From assembly GCA_963823665.1 (NCBI GenBank), contig CAWGMQ010000003.1:1632001-1696000 (forward strand): 64,000 nt of DNA, written 5' to 3'. The notes below the pieces were generated by a model. That model saw nothing but the letters and a program-made list of their open reading frames with translations, searched no databases and was not told the DNA's origin. The DNA comes from an uncultured Planctomycetota bacterium (GTDB taxonomy: Bacteria > Planctomycetota > Planctomycetia > Isosphaerales > Isosphaeraceae). Made by a program: the position numbers and the translations under genes. Shown here piece by piece: positions 56,237-64,000 of this stretch. Within the stretch, counting starts at the first letter, position 1; each line of letters opens with the position of its first letter.

Positions 56237-58837
56237 ATGCTCGAATTCTCGCAGCGCGCGTCAACGAACCGGGAGAAGGATCATCGCCGCGGGCTCCGCC
56301 GGCGGCACAGGTCTGCCATGAGGGGCCGGCGAGCGCACCTTCCTGGTCTCGAGGCGTTGGAAGTCCGAATCACACCGTCAACGGCAACCTGGACGGGTGC
56401 GGGAAGCAACTCGAACTGGATGACCGGCGCGAACTGGTCCTCCGGCATGGCGCCGCAAATCGATGATGCTCTTAACTTTCCGGCCGGCGCGACCAGCCTC
56501 AATTCGGTCGACGATTTCCCGGCGGGCACCAGCTTTGCTTCGATCGCGTTGGGCGCGCCTGGTTACACGTTGTCGGGCAACGCCGTGGATCTCACGGGGG
56601 GGATCAGTGCGACTTATTCGTCGGGCTCGTCGACGAGTATGATCCCGACGGAGCTCGGCGGCGGGACTGTATCGATCGCGACAGGCGGCCAGCTCAACCT
56701 TGACGGCGTGATCTCCGGTTCTGCCGGCCTGGCAGCCTCGGGTGGCGGCACGCTCGACCTCGAGGTTGCCAACACCTACACCGGTTTGACGACCATCAGC
56801 GGATCCGGGACGACCGTCTTGGTCGACGGCACGATCGGCGCGGTGCAGGTCAATGCAGGTAGCGTGCTGGGCGGCATCGGCACGGTCGGCGACGTGACCA
56901 GCAACGGAGGGACCATCAGCCCAGGCGACAGTCCGGGAGTTTTGAATTCGGGTAGCCTGACTCTCGACAGTAATTCGACGTTCCTGGCCGAGCTTGACGG
57001 CACCACACCCGGCAACGGGACCACGGGATACGACCAGGTGGTCGCCAGCGGAGCGATCAACCTGGGCGGGGCCAATTTGAGTGCGTCGCTCGGCGGCGGC
57101 TACACGCCGACGCTCGGCGACCAGTTGACGATTATCCAGAACACGAGCGGTTCGGCCATCACCGGCGCGTTCGCCCTGCTTCCCGAGGGGAGCGCCGTCA
57201 CGATCTCCGGGTCTCTGTTCCGGATCACATACCAGGGAGGTTTCAGCCAGCAAGATGTGGTCCTGACCTCCGTGGCGGCGACCACGTCGACCACGATCAT
57301 GGCCTCCGTGCCGACCTCAGTCTACGGCCAGCCGGTCACGTTCACGGCCCAGGTCACGGGCTCTCAGGCGACCCCGACTGGCACCGTGGCATTTTACGAC
57401 GGGACCCCGGCCGCCGGAGGAACCGTTATCGCCAGCCAACCGCTCGACGGGCAAGGCATGGCCTCCATCACGACGTCGGCGATCGGGGTCGCAGGCTCGC
57501 CGCATCAGATCTATGCGGTGTATATCCCGGAAGCCTCGAGCACATACGCCGGCAGCACATCGCGGCCCGCTACGTTGACAATCACTCCGGTCACCATCAG
57601 CGTCACGGACGTTGCTGCGGAGAACAAGATCTACGACAGCACGGCGATCGGCACACTCGATCTCGGCTCGGCAGTCCTCTCCGGCGTGATAAACGGCGAC
57701 CAGGTCACCCTGAACCCATTGGGGTATACTGCCAACTTCAACAATCCGAACGCCGGTAGTGGCAAGCCGGTCACGGTAACCGGCCTATCGCTCTTGGGCA
57801 GCGGTGCAACCAACTATGTCCTCGCACAGCCGACCGGCCTCACGGCGACGATTGCCCCGGCACCGCTGACCTTGCAAGCGAACAACCTCGCGATGAACAG
57901 CGGCCAGCCGGTACCCACCCTTACCTTCTCCGCCTCAGGCCTGGTCGGTTCCGACACAACGACGACCGCCTTCACGACGCCGCCAACCTTGACAACCACG
58001 GCGACGTCAACAAGTCCCGCGGGCGTGTATCCGATCAATATCAGCGGCGGCGTCGCGCCTAACTATACGATCACCCAGTACATACCGGGCACGCTGACCG
58101 TCAGCGTCTCGGACGCCACCACAACGACCTTGACCAGCTCGGTTAACCCCGCCGTGGGTGGTCAGCCGGTGACATTCATCGCAACCGTCTCGCCAGCCAG
58201 TCCCGCTGCGGGCACTCCCACCGGCCTGGTCATCTTCACCGCCAATGGTACCCCGATAGGCGAAGCCACGGTCGATCCCTCGACCGGCTTGGCGTCGATC
58301 ACGACCTCGACACTCCCCTTGGGCGCCTCGACCATCATCGCGGCCTACTCGGGCGACTCCGTGTTCCAGCCCAGTCAATCCGCCCCCGGCACGCAGTTCG
58401 TTACCACCGCAGGCACGCAGCCGATCGTGACGGCCGTTGCCGTCCGGAACCGGCTTGGCCGGCTCATCGCCGTGGACCTGGTGGCGCAGGTCGTGGTCTC
58501 GGCGCCGGGCGGCGGCGTGCCTATCGGCACGGTGACTTTTTTCCTTGGCACGTCCAACTATAAGTCGGTCTTGCTCAAGAACGGCACGGCCGTCTTGAAA
58601 CGCGCACCGTCGCAGGTGTTCGGGCATTTCGTTTTCGCGCGATACAATGGTGATCCCACCCACCAGTCGAGCTTTTCGAACAGCCAGGTCATCACGAGAC
58701 GGAGTTTGGCGAAGTCGACCCGGGTGGTAACCGCGGTTTCGTTGAATGGTCACGACCGGACGGAGTCGCCCCGCGGTCACTCTTTGCTCGCGCGAATCGC
58801 AGCAGCCGTAAGCCGGCCTCATCGACAGCAATCGTGA
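56237..58837 (+). CDS. Planctomycete surface protein: LEPR-XLL-like signal, autotransporter beta-strand repeat, Ig-like (Big_3), YDG and MBG domains
   Basis: LEALEVR, NTYTG.T.I, YGQPVTFTA.V, KIYD..GKPVTV, YSGDS.F. Confidence 0.8.
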   Translation: MLEFSQRASTNREKDHRRGLRRRHRSAMRGRRAHLPGLEALEVRITPSTATWTGAGSNSNWMTGANWSSGMAPQIDDALNFPAGATSLNSVDDFPAGTSFASIALGAPGYTLSGNAVDLTGGISATYSSGSSTSMIPTELGGGTVSIATGGQLNLDGVISGSAGLAASGGGTLDLEVANTYTGLTTISGSGTTVLVDGTIGAVQVNAGSVLGGIGTVGDVTSNGGTISPGDSPGVLNSGSLTLDSNSTFLAELDGTTPGNGTTGYDQVVASGAINLGGANLSASLGGGYTPTLGDQLTIIQNTSGSAITGAFALLPEGSAVTISGSLFRITYQGGFSQQDVVLTSVAATTSTTIMASVPTSVYGQPVTFTAQVTGSQATPTGTVAFYDGTPAAGGTVIASQPLDGQGMASITTSAIGVAGSPHQIYAVYIPEASSTYAGSTSRPATLTITPVTISVTDVAAENKIYDSTAIGTLDLGSAVLSGVINGDQVTLNPLGYTANFNNPNAGSGKPVTVTGLSLLGSGATNYVLAQPTGLTATIAPAPLTLQANNLAMNSGQPVPTLTFSASGLVGSDTTTTAFTTPPTLTTTATSTSPAGVYPINISGGVAPNYTITQYIPGTLTVSVSDATTTTLTSSVNPAVGGQPVTFIATVSPASPAAGTPTGLVIFTANGTPIGEATVDPSTGLASITTSTLPLGASTIIAAYSGDSVFQPSQSAPGTQFVTTAGTQPIVTAVAVRNRLGRLIAVDLVAQVVVSAPGGGVPIGTVTFFLGTSNYKSVLLKNGTAVLKRAPSQVFGHFVFARYNGDPTHQSSFSNSQVITRRSLAKSTRVVTAVSLNGHDRTESPRGHSLLARIAAAVSRPHRQQS

Positions 58838-59070
58838 GATCCCGGCAGGAAGGCACGCGATCTTTGGTCGGCGCAGGCCTGATGCCAGACAGAAACGACA
58901 CCGCACGCCGCCGGGATGCCGGAGCGTGCGGTGCTGGCTGCGTTTTCAGCATTCCTGAGATCATGTTCTGATCGAGCGCTGCCGCTTGTGCCGAGGATCT
59001 CTTGCCCACGCTCGATCGTTTGTCGATCAGGGGCGAGGCCCTCGCCACCAGCATTCGGGAATCGCACGAC

Positions 59071-60320
59071 TCACGGGGTTATCCCGCCCAGGGCGACGAC
59101 AAGGTTGTCTGCGATCGCCGCGGATGGCGGCAAGGCGGTCAGGAACTTCGGTGATATGCCGGGAGCGGTGCCCGTGTTAACCAGCAGTCGCGACGCCCCG
59201 CTTATGTTGCCTTCCACGTACATCGGGTTGACGATGTTCGCGGCGACCAGGAACTCGCTGCCAGGGTTAATGACGACATTGCCCTGGATGAAGGTACCGA
59301 TCGCGCTTGGAGTGTTAACGGAAGTGATCGTGTTCTGGAGTTGGTTGAAGTTCAGCAGCAAGACGTTGCTGCCGGTCCCCGTTCCCTTGGGCGGCTGGTT
59401 GACCAATCCGAGGTTTCGGCCGATCGAGAACTGAGCGCCGCCCGAAAGCGTCAGGCTGCCGCCGACGTTGAGCAGGTTGAGGTCGCGACCGACGAAAATG
59501 CCCGTTCCGGCGCCGCTCAGGCTGGCGCTGTTGAGCACATCAAGCGTGTTCACGTCTCCTCCGGTCGTGATCGATGCACCAGGGAGAATGTTTGCGAAGG
59601 CAATCCGGTCGATCGCGCCGGTGCCCGGCGAAACCAAGGGCCCGGAGAGCGAAGCGTCCTGGAAGCCCAGAATCGCGCCGATCTCGCCGCTGTTGATCGT
59701 GATCTGCCCGACGTTCAGCACGTGGCCCCGGTTTGACTCGCCGTACGCGAAACTGTGCGCAAAGCCCTTCTTCTGGGGCAGACCGAGCGGGTTGATCGCG
59801 AGCTCCGTGTTCAGGGTCGAGCCGTCCACGATGATTCCGACGCGCCCGCCCGACATCGGATAAGCTCGAACGGTGCCGATCGGCTGCGGGTACCGGGCGT
59901 TCTGCTGGCTGACTTGCTCGGACGAGGTCTCGGGCTCGTTGAAGCTCCGCCTTGCCCGTTGGTGCCCTCCGCGATGTTCGTCGCCAAGGTGTTCGAGCTG
60001 TAATCCAATGTGATCATGTAATGCGAGCCGTCGGTCGCCGTCACCTCGACGTTCTGGCCGCCGCGTGCCGTCTGTATACCGACCGCATCAATCTTCTTGA
60101 AGCCCCGTCCGCGATTGAAGTAAGGAGCATCCCCGGCGAGGAACGGAGGCTGATTGACGTTATAGGCCGCACGCGGCTTGGTGTGCTTCAGCAAGCCATG
60201 CGCCACCTTGATCAATTTCACCGTGCGCGTCAGCAGAACACGCTCTTCCAGCCGGCCGTCCAGGGTCGGACGAAATGTGCGCGAAGTTGCCCGCCGGGCG
60301 CTCGTGCGCGAATCCTTCAT
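59071..60320 (-). CDS. Planctomycete extracellular protein (LEERVLL motif), frameshifted ~59870-59930
   Basis: FRPTLDGRLEERVLL N-terminus; Gly/Asn-rich beta-type C-terminus. Confidence 0.65.
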
Positions 60321-60650
60321 CTGACGATCCTCCTGATCGAAGACAACCGCGATGCCCGCGTATTCCGCCTGATTCCGACCGACCGCTATCCTGACGCGGA
60401 ACGTCGAAATCCGCCGCGGCCCCTCGCCTGCGCCGGGTGCTCTCCGTCGTCCAAGACGCGTCACTCCCGGTCAACTCCGGTTGCGTGGCCTTCCTCGCTG
60501 AATTTATCGGCGGCCGGAGCGGTCGGGCCGCGTCCTATCGAGACGTTCAATATGCCTCGAGTTCCTGGCTCGCGGCTTGTGGCGGATCGCGCGGCGGTGC
60601 AGATCGCGCCGGTAGGACCGGTTGTCCGGATTGCGCTGCCGCTGCGCCAA

Positions 60651-60989
60651 TCATCTGGGCGCCGTTCTGCGCGTTTTCGCAGACCACCCCGACAGCACCC
60701 ACACGTTTCGGAGTTGCTGGCGGCACTGCGCCGGCATGCTGTCTGAAAACTCAAGCGCGATGCGGCCGTCCTTCACAACGCCCCGCACCCAACCATCCTC
60801 GACCCCGTGACGCACGCAGACCTCGCGCGCCTCCTGGAGGAAAGCCGGCGTGACCGTTCCCTGCCCCACGCGCGGCTCGCCGTGAGCAATCTTGAGCACA
60901 AACGCCGCGCGACCACGAGACGCCGACCACAAGGCCCACAGTATCGCGGCGGCTAGCGCAAGTAAAAGTACACTCGGGAGCATGAACAT
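60651..60989 (-). CDS. DUF3634-like protein
   Basis: N-terminal TM, F.L.I..G, LEFS..P..RQQLRNVW. Confidence 0.7.
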   Translation of the reverse strand: MFMLPSVLLLALAAAILWALWSASRGRAAFVLKIAHGEPRVGQGTVTPAFLQEAREVCVRHGVEDGWVRGVVKDGRIALEFSDSMPAQCRQQLRNVWVLSGWSAKTRRTAPR

Positions 60990-61006
60990 CGCTTTCGGCC
61001 TGACCG

Positions 61007-62264
61007 TCAGAACAGGGCTCGGACGGCCTTTCCCCCGTCGACGATCCGGATCGGCCTGCCGATCGGAGACATCATCTCCTTCGAGCTGTCCACCTTAAGC
61101 GTATGACAGATCGAAGCGAGCAGGTCGGGAACGCTGACCGGGTGGTCTTTCACGTCGGTGCCATCCGCGTTGGACTCCCCGATAACCTGCCCCCCCTTGA
61201 CGCCGCCGCCGGCCAGGGCCACGTTGAACACCTTCGGGAAATGATCGCGGCCCGCATTCGGGTTGATCTTGGGGGTGCGGCCGAACTCACCCATCCAGAT
61301 GACCAGCGTGCTCTCGAGCATGCCGCGTTGCTTCAAGATCGGCGACCAGGGCCGCGAATGCCGGATCGACCTGCCGGGCGAGCTCGCCGACTTTCTCGTG
61401 GTTCTGTTGATGGGTGTCCCACCCGTTCGACCGCACCTCCACGAACGTCACGCCGGCCTGGACCAACCGCCGCGCAAGCAGGCAGCCTTGCCCGAACGGG
61501 CTGCGACCATACGCGTCGCGAAGCGGATCGGGCTCGTCATCGAGACTGAAGGCCCTCATGTTCGGCGAAAGGATCATCTTGGCGGTCTGATGATAGAGTG
61601 CCCGGTGGTCCTTCACTCGGTCGGCCCCGCCGGTGCGCTCGAAACCCGCGGCTTCCAGGCGATCGAGCAGGCCGATGCGACGCCGGAATCGATCGCCGCC
61701 GACTTTCGGCTCGGTATTCTCGGGCGGTCGCTCGGAATTCTGTACGACGAACGGCTCGAGAGCAGCTCCCAGGAAACCCGCTCCAATCGTGCCGCCGCCG
61801 ATGCTCACGATGTGCGGCAGCTCGAACTTGCTCTCGCCCAGCTCGCTGACGATCGAGCAGCCGATGTGCGGATGCTTGATCGTGGCAGAGGGCACGTAAC
61901 CCGTATGGAGCTGGTAGGTCGCGCGTTGGTGGTTGCCCTCTTTGTTGGTCATCGAGCGCACGAGCGCGATGTCCTTCATCGTCTTGGCGGTCTGGTCCCA
62001 GCCCTCGGCGATCGAAACACCCGGAATGGCCGTGGAGATGGCACGCGTCTCGCCCCCGTGCTGCGTGCCGGGCTTGGGATCAAACGTCTCGAGCTGGCTC
62101 GGGCCCCCAGCCATCCAGAGCAGGATGCACGCCCTCTGCTGTTTTCTCAGATCGTCGGCGTGAAGCGCCATCCAATCGGTGAAACTGACCGGGATTCCGG
62201 CCGAGATCGCCACGCCCGCCGTCCCCAGGCCGATCGTCTGCAGGAAATGCCGGCGACCGATCAC
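61007..62264 (-). CDS. DUF1501 family protein (frameshift ~61335; start uncertain)
   Basis: WMAGGPSQLETFDPKP, LLARRLV..GV, GWDTH, GEFGRTP. Confidence 0.9.
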
Positions 62265-62331
62265 GCCAGCACCAGATCATCGCCACGTGCACCATCTCTT
62301 TTTCCAGGGCCATGTCCGTTCCCCCTCTGGG

Positions 62332-64000
62332 CTAGCGCCGGGTCAGGAACTCGGTCGAGTTGATCAGGCTCCAGTAGATGTCTTCAAACGCTTCCGCAGG
62401 ATTTCCGACCGCCATCAGATACTTGCTACACACTTCAACTTCCTGAGTGGTGGGCTGGCGCGACAGCACCCGCATGTACAGCACGCTCAAGGCCGCGCGC
62501 GGGTTCGGCGCCACGCTCATGATCTCTGCCAGCACCGTGCCGGGCCGGGCCTGAATGTGGCCGCTCACCACCGGGCCGTTCATGAGCCACAGCGCCTGCG
62601 GGATCGTGCCCACGACGTCTTCATTGGGAACCGACGGATCGAGCCCGAAGAGTCGATCAAACAGCAGCCGCTGGCCGCCTGGGCGCTTGGCGACGGCAGG
62701 CTTCTTGCCGGTCTGGGAAGCGAGTCCCAGTGCCTCGGCCGTCTTCTTCGCGTTCCCCTTGGTCACTCCCTGCGCTGCCAGTCTCCTGGGATCGGCCCCG
62801 CCAGGAAAGCCTCCACCCTTGAGACTGGCCTGCGCGACCCGCACCTGGGCGTTCGGGCCCGCTCGACCTCGGCCGCCGTTGCCGCCGCCCGGTGCCAGAT
62901 TGCCGTTGGCATCCAAGGATAACGCCAGGGCATGGACCAGCGCGTCAAACACCTGATCGGCACGATACCGGCTCGCGCAGCTCGAAGCAAACGGCGTTTT
63001 GCCTGCCGCGTTGTACGTTGAGCGCACCCGGCGCTGATAGGCGTCCGTGTTGAGAATCGTCCGGAACAGCCACCGGATGTCGTATCCCCCCTTCTGCCAT
63101 TGCGTGGCCAGCGGCTCGAGCACCTCGGGCGCCCTGCGCCGTGCGCTCGGGCCCGATGTCGTCAATCGGCTCGTAGAAAGCCTCTCCCATGAGCACATAC
63201 CAGACCCGGTTGATGTAGGCCTTTGCAAACCACGGATTGTCCTGGCCCGTGATGTACGAGGCCGCCAGCGCTCGCCGCTCTTTCACCGCGAGCCCCTCCG
63301 GCAGGGCCGGTGTCGCCCCCGCTTTCGAGCTCGCCAGGAAGAACTTGGGCGCGATCGGAATCTGTTTCTGAGGATTGTCGAGCTCCGGCATCGTGTACCG
63401 CCGCTGGCCGCCGGCAACGACGATCTCGAAAACAGCCTGCTCGCCCGGGCTCGCCTTCACTGCTTGATTCTGTTTTGTACCGGCGAAAAAGGCTGCGAAT
63501 TCATGGAACTGACGCCGTTTCCACGCGTCGGTCTTGTGGTCATGACACTGCGCACACTGGATCTGAACCCCCATGAAAATCCGGGAAGCCTCACCCGCCA
63601 TCTCCACCGGACCGCGCCTCGTGCGCCAGCGAGAACGCCACCGCTCCGTTCTCGTCGTTCCGCCCGGTCGCGGTGATCATGCCCGCCACGATCGTGTCCC
63701 AGGGCGTGTTCGCCTGGAACCTCTTGGCCAGCCAGTCTTCAAGTGCGTCGAACCGAACCCGGTCCAGATTCTCGTTGGTCGCGTGAAAACTGATCACGTC
63801 GCGCCAGTAGTTCGCCCAGTTGCGGGCGTACTCCGCGCTCGCGAGCAACCCATCGATGAGCCGGGCGCGCTTGTCTTTTGTATGGTCGTGAAGAAACGCC
63901 TCAACCTGAACCGGCGTGGGTGGGTGCCCGATCACGTCGAAATAGATCCGGCGCACGAACTCGATGTCCGTGGTCGGGGTCGCCGGCTCGACCTTGGGCG
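62332..64000 (-). CDS. DUF1549/DUF1553 (PSD) planctomycete protein, 5' truncated, frameshifted
   Basis: RRIYFDVIG.PPT, CAQCHDH, NPWFAK..NRVW, PQAL.LMN, LINSTEF. Confidence 0.88.

Noticed and set aside
10774..64000. Widespread pseudogenisation (oxidoreductase, galK, ABC ATPase, DUF1501, DUF1549/1553, sulfatase)
   Set aside because: Single-base indels, often in short homopolymers, with otherwise intact genes; best explained as unpolished long-read errors until reads show otherwise

Overview
High-GC bacterial chromosome fragment, very probably Planctomycetota (DUF1501, DUF1549/DUF1553, LEPR-XLL-type surface proteins, several Uma2 genes); Isosphaeraceae-like is my impression only. The left part is core genome: 3' rpoB, tilS sitting between rpoB and rpoC, rpoC, phoU, galK, metK and metabolic genes. 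The main accessory feature is an ~12 kb integron-type cassette array (~34150-46010) of about 20 short + strand ORFs separated by attC-like palindromes, with no intact integrase in the window (CALIN-like). Its unusual traits are frequent TGAC/GTCA core sites, a long attC class carrying an extended -10 motif, one duplicated cassette, a toxin-antitoxin cassette, eroded or fused cassettes and a possible intI relic. The array is bracketed by a dispersed direct repeat and lies near a phage/plasmid-type ATPase gene with iteron-like repeats. Many genes, including essential rpoC, carry single-base frameshifts, most likely long-read assembly errors, so individual indels need caution. All family calls come from motif recognition by eye; no searches were run.
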